Positions 1 through 13,039 of a stretch of DNA of 64,000 bases are shown in pieces (the stretch's first letter is position 1; every line of letters starts with the position of its first letter). The notes below the pieces were generated by a model. That model did not search any database, was not told where the DNA came from, and was given only the letters and a program-made list of their open reading frames with translations. This stretch comes from Heterodontus francisci. Its lineage: Eukaryota. Where the stretch lies: contig NC_090371.1 of NCBI RefSeq assembly GCF_036365525.1, forward strand, positions 275,543,929 through 275,607,928, written 5' to 3'. Made by a program: the position numbers and the translations under genes.

Positions 1-664
1 ATATGGCTTTTCACTGGGAATTACCAAATATGGAAGCAAAATAGGACACAGGAGAAAAAAAACTACTTCCTAGCTTTTTTTACACTATTTTGTGCTGGAT
101 TGCTTCCAGTAATGTATGATTGATTTGACCAAAATTCATTCCAAATGCAAAATAGATTTTACACTGTCCTCTAAAGGTCAATCATCAGCTATAAATAGCA
201 CTAAAAGTAATAAAACAAAGAACTGTAACACGCAAAATAGAAATTAATAGTACGGAGAGGGTTAGTCTCTAAAATCTAACAATTGTTGAAGACTTCCGCC
301 CTTGCACAATCGTGAGGGAACAAGAGATTAAATTCCTAAAAGGTGACGATGATCTCTAATTTTGTTCTGTCGACTGGATGTTAAACATTCTGTGCTCCTA
401 TATGAAGAAGAAAGTGACTGTTCACTAACATTTCTCTCCAAAAATGCACTATTAAAAGCAGATTAGCCAGTCATTCATTTCATAAATGTTTGTAGGATCT
501 TACTGGAGAACAGTAGCAGCTGCAGTCACCTGCATAACAACAATCACTGCCTCTCAAAAGTATTTCACTGTATGTCTATTGCTTAAAATGTTTCTGCAGG
601 ATATGATAAGATGCCATATAAATGCAGGACCATCTTTCTTAACCTACTGGAACTTCTTGCTTAA

Positions 665-1002
665 TTCCCTATCTCTGTAATCTCCTCCGGATCTACAACC
701 TTCCGAGATCTGTGTTCCTCTAATTCTGGTCCCTCGTACACCCCTGATTTTCTTTGCCATCGTTGGCAGCCATGTCTTTAGCTGCCTAGGCCCTAAGCTC
801 TCGAATTCCCTCCCTAAACCTCTCTACGTATCTCTCTCCTCATCAGCTTAAAATTTACCTCTGTGACCAAGCTTTTGGCTACCTGCCCTAATATCTTCTT
901 ATATGTCTCGCTGTCAAATTTGGTCTGACAATGCACCTGTGAAGTGACTTGGGATGTTTTACTTCTTCCAGGGTGCTATATAAATGCAAGTTGCTGTTGT
1001 TG
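665..1002 (+). mobile_element. L2-clade LINE 3' fragment
   Basis: CCCTATCTCTGTAATCTCCTCC...GGTGCTATATAAATGCAAGTTG(TTG)n tail; same family recurs several times in the window. Confidence 0.7.
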
Positions 1003-4000
1003 CCTCATTTTAAAGTTTGGCGTTGCAGACTGATTTTGTAGAGACCTGAATCTCCTATTGCTAATCTTGTGCCCTGACTGGCCACCAAATCACAAAATCA
1101 CAGTGCAGAAGGTGGCCATTCAGCCCATTGTGTCCACACCAGCTCTCCGAAAAAGCAATTCACTCAGTTCCATTCCCCCACCTTCTCCCCATAACCCTGC
1201 ACAATTAGTCCACTAAATCAAGCAAAACGGATCAGGAACAATAAAAACTCAAAATAATTCAAATGCATGGAAAGGTCACTGGCTCATTAGAACCTGCTGT
1301 TAACACACCCACCATCAGTAGACAGAGAATGAACAGTGACACCTAACTATGGAAATGACCTTTGGTTTATCTGATATTTCTCCCACATGAGACCGTGCAG
1401 AACTGACTATTGGGAAAAGTCAGTCCTACCATTTGGAGATTACTGTTCCCTCCCATTCAAAGAATTTGACACAAAGCACAAGAAATTCCTCTGCTATCAA
1501 ACGTCCTCTCTAATGACATTATGAAATAAAGCAGTCTCTGTGTGTTGTACTGCATTCTCTGTAACACAACACTCTATGACAATGTTACTGGAGACAGATG
1601 TTGTTAGCTTTGATATTCAACATTCTCTGAAAAAAGATTGCAAATGTTGGAGTTAAGTAACTTTTACTTACGTTGAGTGAAAAATGCAGCTGTCCTATTA
1701 CTGCAAAAAACACAATAAATACTTGAATACATAAAGTAGATTTTGCTTAAAACCAAATATTTCACACACTGCAGAATATTAAAGCACCAAGAAGGTTTCT
1801 CTAATAATATTTTTAAAAAGTACCATCATCTCCCAGAATTTCTCCTTACATATCCCAGCAGCATCTCTTATAGATTAATACTTGCCCTACACCTTAACAA
1901 AACATGCAAAATTAAACTATTGCCTTCTCATTTCCATCAGTTAAAACAATGATTGTACATGGGGATATTACCAACCAACACACAAATACCAATGCTGTGC
2001 CTTTACTGTATCTTATTAAAATAAGTATTGTCCAAAGCAGCTTTGCCGGGTTAGATGAAGAGTGGGAGGAGGCTTGTGTAGAACATTAATGCCGGCATAG
2101 ATCAGCTGGGTCAAATAGACTGTTTCTATGCTGTAGATGCTATTACTTCTATGTGATAAGCTTTGTCTTACATGCTAAGGCTTTCCAATTAAATTAAAAA
2201 TAAATGTCAGCACTTAGAGTAAAACCTGAAAGTACCAGTTAATTAACTGTATACAGCATCTCTGAACAATGTACTCTACATTCCACAAGAGGCAGCTATT
2301 TATATAACTGACCTTATGTCTGTGCACAATTCCTGTCAACATTTTTCATAATAACCCATGTCCACACTTAAAATAGAAACTGTCCATGTAAATCTGTCTT
2401 GCTTAATTCTATTCTCCCTGCCAGTGGAAAGGGAAGAATATGATTTTAAAATGAGGACTGAATTATATTTATTCACCCTAGTCCAATTATCCCCACCTTA
2501 CAACTCCACATCACCTGAAGACTTCACTTGATCTTAATTCCCTATATGCAACACCATGGAGAATTGACTAGTTACAATGAATCTTGGATAGTCTCATTAT
2601 TTTCCAGCTCCCATCATCTGAGGCGACAGGCATTTATACATAGACTGAACGCATGAATAGCTGCCATCTTAGACCTCCTCGAAATGTGCACTGCTCACCT
2701 CATACAGTAAGGCAGTACCTTGAGATGCAGCAGGAAATTGGTACAACAGGGAACTGAACACAGCCAAAAAATACAGGACATTGAAAATTCACTATCTTAT
2801 GTAATATTGTAACAAAAATTTCCAAGTCAGTTTAAAGGTATCTTAACAGTTTTTGGTGAGCAAATGGTTAATTTTACTTTTCTGAAAAAGTCCCACTTGC
2901 CAACTGAAAAGTATTTTCCCACTATATCTCTGATCACTGCATTGGAATCAAATCTAGGCCATCAAATCCCCAGGCACTGCTTCCTTAATCATCTATTGGG
3001 CAGCAGAATTAAGACAAATATTTAACTAGTGCCCTGATCCCAACCAGAAACTCACTTTCTCTTTAAAGGCCTTTCTTAATATTTTAATTCTGTACAGCAG
3101 ACTATAAATGTATCACTGCTGGCAAAAAGCACCTGAAAACAATTTCACAATGACCAAAGGAAGGAAAAGTAGTTTGTGTAAATAAAAGGTGCTCATGTTC
3201 AGTTTACAGTCTCACCTTCAAGTCACAGCATGTGGGTTCAAGCCCCAGCCCAAGACTTGAGTCCATAAAATTACAGCAGGGCGGAGAATCTGCTGCATGA
3301 TCAGAGGTGCTATCCCTCAGATGAGGCACTGCAGCAAAAAGCTGCCTGTTTCAGTGGTTCAGGGTGATTTCAAAGATCCTATGGCACTATTTGGAGAGCA
3401 TTCCGGTCAACATTCCTCCCCTCAACTATCATCAAAAACAAATTAACTAATCATTCAATAATTGCTGGTTATGGAATCTCAGTGGGTGCAAAATATTTGC
3501 CTATAGAACACTCATCACTGTAATTCCATAGGATCATGCCAGTGTACATAAGAGGCTACTTGGACCATAACGTCAGTGCCAGCTCTTTGTGAGACCTAAA
3601 AATGTCAACTGCACTGCACAGTCCCTACAGATATAGCCCCGTATCTTCCTCTGTTTCCCATCTTTATCCAGTCTTCCCTTAAAAACTACAGTGGGATCTG
3701 CCGCAACTATTCCCAAAGCATCCTCTGCTCCAACAACCCTCCATGTATTCAAAGAAATTCATTGCATGTGAAATGCTTTGCGATCTGATAAGCTACTAAA
3801 TAAGTGAGTTATCTTCCAGGCCTGTATTCTCCAATGGGGCCAACACCCTTCCTTTTTGGAAGGGCGGAACATCTCATCTGAGTCAGCATACCAACTTGCA
3901 GTGGCATGCCTTGTCTGATATGGTCCGGGAAAAATTGGGAAATCCTACCAATAGGAAGTCCCCTCCAACACAACAGAGTGGGCAGAGGCTATCAAAATAA

Positions 4001-4433
4001 TAAAGGGATTTGATAAGGTAAATACAGAGAAACTATTTCCTCAGGTGAATGAAGAATGCCAACTCTTTGTGAGACTAACCTAAAAATGTCAACTGCACTG
4101 CACACTCCCTACAGCCCTGTATCTTCCTCCGTTTCCAGTCTTTATCCTTTCTTCCCTTAAAAACTGCCATTTAGGAGTGAAATCAAAAAGCACTTTTTCC
4201 ACACAAAGGGCAGTGGAACCAGAAATCTGGATCTCACTTCCCCCAAAAGGCTGTAGATGCTGAGACATAAAAATTTTGGTGATTGAGATTGATAGATTTT
4301 ATAAAGTAAGGCTATCAAGAGATATGGAACAAAGTTGAGTAAATAGACAAATCATCCAAGATCCAACTAAAAGACAGAACAGACTCGAGGAGCTGAATGG
4401 CCTTCTCCTGTTCCTACATTCTTAAATACTCAC

Positions 4434-4847
4434 CTCAGCACAAGCCTTTAAGCAGGTCTTTTTGAAGCCAAGCAGCTCAGAGACATCTTTCCTGTTGCAG
4501 CCTGTATCACAAGTCCTCTGTATAATGTGTCTCAATACCACAGCAAGCCCAGCTCGACAAAAATTCCCATCCTTTTTCACCAGAGCAGGCAAACGACAAC
4601 TCCGAACCACTGGAGGCAGCTCCTCCTGGGAAAGGATGTTGGTAGGAATATTGGCTGGCATTCCTTTCTTCCAAAAGGGACTGCCATCAGTGTCTTCATT
4701 GGGTACAAGGAACACCTTAATCGATGTGGTGTCACAATAGGACATTAGAAACAAAACAATGGATGTGTGGAGAGGAAAAACCCTGTCTTCTGTGTGGTGG
4801 GATAGCTCGAGGTACAGACAATCATCGTACATGCTGTTGTTCTTCAT
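4434..4847 (-). CDS. GSTCD: GSTCD first coding exon (138 codons); gene continues beyond the left edge
   Basis: Translation LYLE..FPLHTSIVLFLMSYCD..CRLPALV...FCRAGLAVVLRHIIQ...LLGFKKTCLKACAE matches the vertebrate GSTCD N-terminus; phase-0 donor GAG|GTGAGT at 4434/4433; acceptor TTCTATAG| at 4860-4861 just upstream of the ATG; head-to-head with INTS12 as in human. Confidence 0.93.
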
Positions 4848-5832
4848 TTCTGAAATTACCTATAGAAAGTTCAATAGCAGGTCATTAAGAATATAGCTAT
4901 AGTCACTGAAAAATCATTTGCAGTTATCTATTTATAATTTTTTCAAATTATTTTACCAGACTGCCACAAGCAATGGAATAAAAAAATAAAGCATCTGAAA
5001 AGCTTAATGTTTCTGGGTTGTTTTTTGAGATTAAAGGGAACAGGAAGAGTCAAACGAACTTTGGAAATAAACTCTGGTCTACTATTTGTGAAGCGGCTAT
5101 TTTCGAGACAGTGTAAAAGCTGAAATCAAAATAGAATTCCAGGCAAATGAAGCAAGGAGGGAAGATCAAAAATAATTGCCATATATTTTTAATTAAACTG
5201 AGAAATATTCTAGGAGAGATCAAATGGTTCACAAACGTGCATAAAAACATTTGGCATTTCATGGGACTTTTTGCAAAGACAGATGATCAAAAGGGGGCTT
5301 ATGAAAGAATTGGCAGACGGCCCAAGAAAAACCACCAAGACACTGTTTAATATGGAGATCTGTACATGTATGGTAGTGTGTACCAGCAATTTCTGCACAC
5401 AAAGTTCATACTGTGCTGGTGCCCTGAATCATTAAGATCAGGCACCAAAGATCTTAATATATCACTGATTATTCAGATTCTTGAGTCCTGATCATATTAT
5501 GAAAAATTTTATAATCCTGAATATATCTCAAAAGAGGTATGTTAGTTGCAACGAGGTTCTTAAATTTATCACTTGATACTGGGATCTGAATGGTCGGGGC
5601 CCCTCCAAAGGCAGAAACGGAGACAGGAGGCCCTGAAAATACTGATGCTAGGCGGCATGTCAGTTACAGGACGCTGTTCCCAATGCCAGCAATGTTCACC
5701 AGGGAGGGGACCAAAATATTAATAATGCTTACATCTTTATAGTGCCTTTCACAACCTCATTAACACCAAATTACTGGGCTTAACAACTCATGAACTTGTT
5801 TGAAGCTCACCCTAACAGCACATTATTCACTT

Positions 5833-6238
5833 TGGCTCAATAGTAGCACTTTTGTGTTGAAGTCAGAGGGTCAAGAGTTCAAGTCCCACTCTAAAGATCT
5901 ATAATCTTAACAAGTAATCCTGACTGGTACTTCAATGCAGTATTGTTGGAGGTGGTGTCTTTTGGATGACCTCTCAGGTGGGTCCAATAGATTTTACAGC
6001 ATGGCTCAAAGAGGAACGGGGGCGTTCTCCCACTTCCTGGCCACTATTTAACCCTCAGCACCACTAAAACAGATTAACAGGTCATTTACCTCATTGTTGT
6101 TTGTGGAAACTTGCTGTGCACAAATTGGCTGCCGAATTCCCTACATTACAACTGCGACTCCACTTCAAAAGTAATTCATCGGTTGTAAAGCGCTTTGGAT
6201 CGTCCTGAGGCCGTGAAAGGTGCTACATAAATGCAGGT
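5833..6238 (+). mobile_element. DeuSINE (SacSINE1-like), full length
   Basis: tRNA head with B-box GTTCAAGTCCC; Deu-type body CATTGTTGTTTGTGGAAACTTGCTGTGCACAAATTGGCTGCC; L2-like tail GGTGCTACATAAATGCAGG. Confidence 0.75.
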
Positions 6239-6559
6239 CCTGGGAAGAAGTGGTGTGTTGCCAATTCAGATTTCATAAACTATTGACGGGATTGCTGCAT
6301 CCTTTGCACTGCACACGTTCTGCATGTTTCAATAGGTTTTGCAATCTCTGGCTGATTATAAATACTGACTGGAACAATTCCTCTGTGCTGCTTGACAAGG
6401 GATGGAGACTAGGCTGAAGGTGAGTGAGGCTGGGCCTTGTCACAGAGACACAAAGATGAAGCCAGCGGACCTCAGGATCGGGGTGGGAGATAAGAAAGGT
6501 AATTGTCCAGGGCATCCAACAGCTATTTTACAGGTACCAGTATCCCCGCATGCACCTAA

Positions 6560-6700
6560 TTACCTGAAAGGACAGAGCAGCCGTTTCACCAACCCTGGGA
6601 GTGGGGGACCTGAAAACCGGACGGACCGGATGTTACCCGTTGCTAGGACGGGGACAGAGAAAAAGGTGGGACCGGAAGTTGTGCGAGACAGATGCTGAGT
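6560..6700. promoter_or_regulatory. Putative bidirectional GSTCD/INTS12 promoter, probably with the non-coding GSTCD exon 1
   Basis: Local CpG enrichment; ETS/GABPA motifs CCGGATGT (6626-6633) and CCGGAAGT (6672-6679); RFX-like GTTGCTAGG; minus-strand donor CAG|GTAATT at 6564/6563; lies between the two divergent genes. Confidence 0.6.
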
Positions 6701-6850
6701 TGCTTCTCTGGTGTCATTAGGGGGACCCTGAGGTTGGAGCATTGATTCTACCCTGTAAATACTCAGACATTTCGTTCTAATGCGGCTAGTTGGGTTTTCC
6801 CTTTCCTCTCTTTAATTATGGATTTTTTTCTTGCTTCACATTTGTAGGAC

Positions 6851-7003
6851 ATGGCTGTTCCCAACCTAGAGCTGGACCCACTCTTCCTGAAAGCCTTGGG
6901 TTATCTCCATTCAAAAAGTAAAGACTCGGCAGAGAAACTGAAAGCCCTGCTGGACGAGACATTGGCCAGAGGCAGCGATTCTAGCTTTCGACAGACGCAA
7001 AAG
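6851..7003 (+). CDS. INTS12: INTS12 coding exon 1 (51 codons)
   Basis: [51 protein letters not shown] matches the INTS12 N-terminal microdomain; acceptor TTTGTAG| at 6846-6847, donor AAG|GTACAG. Confidence 0.95.
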
Positions 7004-7659
7004 GTACAGTTTTCTTTTATTTAAAAAAAACTGATTGCTTTTGAAAGACTGAATAAAGCGAAAGAACATTTCCTCTGATTGGGGAGTCGTTGATTTAAAA
7101 TTGTCACTGAGAGAGTGAGGAGAGAGATTAGCTGAAGCTTCTTCACACAGACTTGATTGTTGGAGCAGAGAATGCTTTGTCACAGGGAATGAATAACGCA
7201 GAGACCACTGCGTGCTTTAAGGAAAAATTGGATAAATATTTGTAGCAGAAGTTGATACAGGGCTATAGAGAAAGCGCATCGCCGTGGGATGATTAATAAA
7301 AACAGAAAATGTTGGAAATACTCCGGTCAGGCAGCTTCTGTGGAGAGAGAAACAAAACTAACAATTCAGGTTGATTTTTTTGTCAGAACAGTGGGATCAG
7401 TTTTGGATTGCTCTAGCAGAAAAACAGCACAGATACAATGGCCCTCCTGTGTTGTAAATGTCTAGGAGCTGGTATCATCTAAGTGATGTTCCCCTCATAA
7501 CGTGATCTCAGTCAGACTTCTGTGCAGCTGGTTACATGGTGACTGTACCAAATATTTGGGTACACATCTATGATTTTTGAGATAAGCGTGAAAAACAGCC
7601 TGCAAAGTTACCCAAACACAAATCACTGGGGAGGGAGGTTGAGCAGGAGAGGAAGAATA

Positions 7660-9562
7660 GTGGGGAGGGGTGAAATCAAAAAGGAAATTAGGAAAGCAAA
7701 GCGAGGGCATGAAGATTATTGGCAAGCAAAATCAAGGTGAACCCAAAGGTGTTTTATCAATACAATGAGTAAGAGGATAATTAAGGAAAGAGTAGGGCCC
7801 ATAAAAGGCCAAAAAGATAAACTATGCGTAGGGATGTAAGATGTTGGTATGGCTCTTAATGAATACTTTGTGTCTGTCTTCACAAAAGAGGGGGATAGTG
7901 CAGATATTGTAGGTAAGGATGAGGGGTGTGAAGTATTGGATGTGATAACTATAGGAAGAGAGGAAGTATTAATGGGATTAGCATCCTTGAAAGTGGATAA
8001 ATCATTGGGACTGGATGAAATGTACCCCAGACTGTTAAAAGAAGCCAGGGAGGAAATAGCATCAGGTCTGTCCATCATTTTCCAGTCCTCACTGTGTATA
8101 GAGGTGTGGTCCCAGAGGATTGGAGGATTGCTAACATTGTATCTTTGTTTAAAAGGGGAGTGAGGGGTGGACCAAATAATTATAGGCCAGTCAGTCAAAC
8201 TGCAGTAGTGGGAAAATTATTGGAATCTATTCTGAGAGACTGGATAAACTGTCACTTGGAAGGGTGCTAATTAATCAAGGATAGTCAGCATGGATTTATT
8301 AAGGCAAGATCTTGTCTGGCTAACTCGATTGAATTTTTTGAAGCAGTAACAAAAGGAGGATTGATGAGGGTAGTGCAGTTGATGTTGTCTACGGAGATTT
8401 TAGCAAGGTTTTTGACAAGGTCCCTCATGGCAGACTGGTTTAAAACAAAAGGCCATGGGATCCAGGGAAATGTAGCAAGCTGGATACAAAATTTGGCTTA
8501 GTGGTAGGAAACAAAGGGTAATTGTTGGGTGTTTTTGTTATTGGAAGGCTTTTTCCACTGGCATTCCGCAGGGCTCAGTACGAGGTCCCCTTTTTATGGT
8601 ATATATTAACGATTTGTACGTAAGTATCGGGGGCATGATCAAGAAGTTTGTAGATGACACAAAAATTGGCCGCATGGTTGATAGCGAGGAGGATAGCTGT
8701 AGACTGCAGGAAAGTATTGCTGGACTGGTCAGGTGGGTAGAAAAGTGGCAAATGGAATTCAACCCGGGGAAGTGAGGTGATGCATTTGGGGAGGTCAAAT
8801 AGGCAAAGGAATACACAATTAATGGGAGAATACTGAGAGGTGTGGAGGATGTGCGGGACCTTGGAGTGGACGTCCACAGATCCCTGGACGTAGCAGGACA
8901 AGTTGATAAGGTGTTAAGGCATATGAAATTCTTTCCTTTATTAGCCGAGGTATGGAATATAAGCAGGGAGGCTATGCAGAACTGTATAAATCATTAGTTA
9001 AGCCACAACTTGAGTATTGTGTGCAGTTCTGGTTACCTCATTATAGAAAAGATATAATTGCACTAGAGAGGGTACAGAGGAGATTTATGAGCATGTTGCC
9101 AGGTCTGGAAAAATGCAGTTATGAGGGAAGGTTGGATAGGCTGGGGTTGCTCTCCTTGGAACAGAGAAAGCTGAGGGGAGATTTGATTGAAATGTACAAA
9201 ATTGTGAGGGGCCTGAATAGAGTGGATGTGAAGGGCCTATTTACCTTAGCAGAGAAGTCAGTGACTAGGGGGCATAGCTTTCAAGTGATTAGCAGAAGAA
9301 TTAGAGGGGAGATGAAAAAAAGTTTTTTTTCACCCAGAAAGTGGTGGGGTTCTGGCACTCACTGCCTGAAAAGGTGGTAAAGGCAGAAACCCTCAACTCA
9401 TTCAAAATGAGTCTGGATATGCACTTCAAGTGCCGTGACCTGCAGGGCTATAGACCACATGCTGGAAGTGGGGATTAGGCTGGGTGGCTCATTTTTCAGC
9501 CGGCGCAGACACATTGGGCCAAATGGCCTCTTTCTGTGCCGTAAACTTTCTATGATTTCTAT
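7660..9562 (+). mobile_element. 5'-truncated, degraded CR1 LINE
   Basis: ORF2 pieces LNEYFVSVFTKE, KVDKSLGLD, LEYCVQFWLPHYRKD with stops and frameshifts; CR1 3' tail GGGCCAAATGGCCT...TCTATGATTTCTAT. Confidence 0.9.
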
Positions 9563-10519
9563 AAAATAAAGCTGCAAGCCTTTTATCAAAATATTGAGAA
9601 GAATATATAAGGTCTAATAAGCAGTGGCCTCATAGCTGTGAGTTTCTGATCTGTTCCATTCCAATGCCAACCAAGCCTAGTCAGTTTTCCTATGGATGAA
9701 GGAAAATCAGAACACACGTCTTATTTAGGTCACCTAGTGGCTAGGTGTAGAACAACAATAGAAACTTCGGAGCAGGTTTGCTGTCTTTCCTTTTGCCTGG
9801 GCATGGTGTGTTGAAAGGACAGTTGAGAGGGTATTGGAAACCAAATGTTGAATTATGCCCCAAATTATGAGCATTTTTCCATTGACAATTTCTAAGCATG
9901 CATATTTTATTGTCGTCTGACGTACCATCAGAAATGGTACTACGGTAGCCATATGAAACAATACAGTCAGATTTGTGTGAGGCAGCTTTAAACTTGTTAG
10001 AAACTGCATCTTGGGAAAACTACATCCACTCAGTATTTATGTGGTGACTGCAAGAAGTTAATCTATAGAAGTGAGGTACATTATGTAAGGTACATTTGAG
10101 GTATTGAAGGAATCTTTATTTTATATTTGTTTTGCTACGGTTGTAGAAGAAGCTAGGCAGTTAACAGGCTCCCAGGCACTGGCAATGCTGCTGCATAACC
10201 AGCTTCTGAGAGATGTTCTCTGAATTTTGCTTGCTTCCATGTTGTGGAATATAATCCATCCCACCCCCAATAGCAGAGCTGAGTTCAGCAACCCACTCTA
10301 TAGAGATACATTTTAATGCAAAGTTACATCCTATCACTGTCATCGTGATGTTACTTCAAAACACTGTATGAATGTGAGCGAGAGAGTACATTATTTAATT
10401 TTTTATTTAAATGTTCCTCTGAGTATTTCAACATAAATTTTAAAATAGGCTGAGAACATCCTCTGGTGAGCATCTTTCTAAAATGTAACGGTATCGGTTT
10501 GTCTTTGTCTCCTACTCAG

Positions 10520-10900
10520 AAGGTAGCATTGTCCCCTCTGAAGTAAAAGATTATGGGTTCAAGTGCTGCTAAAGGATGAGTGCATAGTCAAGTTGACGTT
10601 TCAGTACAGTACTGAGGGACTCCTGCACTGTTGGAGGTGACCTCTTTTTTTGAGTGAGTATTTGAACTGAGGCCATGTTTGCCTGTTCAGATTAATGTAA
10701 AATATCCCTTGAAGAGGAGGGGAGCTCTCCCAGTATTCTGGCCACATTCCTCCCTCAACCACTCTCACTAAAGACTGATTAACTGGTCTTTTGTCTCGTT
10801 GCTACTTGTGGGACATTGCTGTACACAAATTGGCTGCTACATTTGTCTACACGACAACAAAGACTACACATTGGGGCATCCTGAGGATGTGAAAGGTTCT
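10520..10900 (+). mobile_element. DeuSINE (SacSINE1-like)
   Basis: Same head and body as 5833-6238. Confidence 0.7.
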
Positions 10901-11269
10901 GTCTTGACATTTTTTGACAGAGAATAATGTATTGCTACTTTGGAACTCTTAAACTATTTACAACTGCTTCCGCCTCTGACCTAACTTCTCTTTTTTTTTT
11001 CCTGCTGTGAGTAACAGCTTGTTTATATGGCAAACCGCACCACAGAATCCGAATTCCCTGCTGTCTTGTTGTAACTGCTGGTACCTTGCACAAGATGTCT
11101 CAAAGGTATAAGGCTCTCCTAATAAAGAACACACAGCAGCACATTTATTGTGCAACCCTGAACCCTGGATCTTAAAGGGCACAACAGATAAATTTATTTT
11201 CAAAGAGCAACAGCTAGGCCATAACTCTACGTTTAATTTGTGACCAGCAAATTTGATTTGGAGCACCCG

Positions 11270-11880
11270 AACCACTGAGAGTTCAGCCCGTAAAGTCTGT
11301 TCTACCATTCAGTTAGATCACTGCTGATCTGTACCTCAACTCCATTTACCTCCATTTGCTGATATCCCTTGGTACCTTTACAAAACTCTATTGATCTTGG
11401 TCTTGAAAACTGCAATTTAGTCAGCAGCCACAGCCTTTTGAGGGAGTGAATTCCACATTTCCACTACCCTTTTTTGTGAAAAAAAATGCTTCCTGAATTC
11501 CCTCCTAAAAGGCCTAGCTTTAATTTTAAGACTGTGTCCTATCGTTATGGATTCCCCCACCAGAGGAAAGATTTTCTCTATATCTACCCTGTCAAGTCCC
11601 TTACTCCCTATAAATACCTTAATTTGATCACCCCTCAATCTTCTAAACTCAAGGGAATACAAGGCAACTTTGTGCAGTAATTTAACTCCAGTATCATTCT
11701 GATGAAACTATGTTGTTCCTACTCCAAGGCCAGTGTATCTTTCTTGAGATTCAGAGCCTAAAACCGGATGCAGCACTTGAACTGTATAACTAAAGCATCA
11801 CTTTTTTACATTTGAATTCCAACTCCCTTGAGAAAAGGGACAGCTTTCCGTTAGCCTTTTTATTGCAGTATCTGGAAAAT
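11270..11880 (-). mobile_element. CR1 LINE 3' fragment
   Basis: YSLEFRRLRGD..FSQKRVVEMWNSLPQKAV. Confidence 0.8.
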
Positions 11881-13039
11881 TACAACTAAGACATAGTTGC
11901 CTCTGCTACATCTGACAGGATGAACAAAACAGGATCAGCCAAGCCAGTCTTTGTTCATTTTATCATCCTTCCCTTTTTCAATAACTTCTCATGTCTTCTG
12001 TTTATTTTTTGGGTTAAATTCTTTTCTCTTTCTTCCTTACCCTCCAGTTTTTCCTGTCAACACTTTCCCATCTTGGTTTTCTTTCATTCACTTGCCTTTT
12101 TTACCCCTTGTTGTATGTTGCTGTGTTGTTATTACAATTTCAGTAAAGTTTAATGGTGAGTGCAATATTTTTTGTATTCTATTCACTAGAATTGCAACAA
12201 ATACTCAACTGTACAATTATAGATTTCTTCTGCAGAGTTTGAAAATGTGTAATAATAGGGTGAAGTACTTATGCCCACAAATCTGCCACTCTGGTCAATG
12301 GTGGAACTATTTTGAGGTGATAAATTGAACAGCATTGACACAACATTAAAGCATACTGAATTGAGTTATTTCCCACCCCATCTTCCCTCCCCCTCCAAAT
12401 GTTATATAAGTCTGGTGATAACGCTATTAACTATTCTGTGTGTAACTGGCCTATCTCCCACTACCAGCAGTTCTGACCAAGGTTAGAATTACCACAAATG
12501 TCAAATAATCCAAATTGTGTTCCTTGTTTCTCTGCTGTCTGGCGTAATTTGGCGTGGCATGGCAGAACAATTTGTCTGGACATATCAATAAGTATGTGGA
12601 GTTTCCAGTGATTTTGACTGCAACACAGCCTGATTTTATGAGATACTTTGGTTTGCTGTTGACTGCTCTCATCCTTGTGGTGTCTCTTGGAAATTCCAGA
12701 TGTCTCTAAATTGTCAGACTGCTTGACCGCATCCGGTATTGGACAAGCAAAAGGTTTTTATGACTTACTTTTGGGAAGACTTCTGTCTCCATGACAAACT
12801 CTGTTCCCTAGCCACCTACTCCATTTCCAAGTGGTAGGTTTAAGGAGAGTCTTAAATGAGGAAAGCAAGGTAGAGAGGTGGAGAGATTTAGGTAGGAAAT
12901 TCCAAAGCTTAAGGCCTTGGTCGCTGAAGACACCGCTGCCAACAGTGGAGCGATTAAAATCGGGGATACCCAAGAGGTCATAATAAGAGATGGGACAAGT
13001 GGCCTCTTTTTGTGCAGTAAACTTTCTATGATTCTGTTA

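Noticed and set aside
1-4433. Further GSTCD exons
   Set aside because: Expected next exon (VSQWTRLCE...HNDDK) not seen; probably left of the window.
11920-12328. Phe/Leu-rich ORFs and other short ORFs in the track
   Set aside because: T-rich intronic composition or antisense to LINEs; no splice or homology support.
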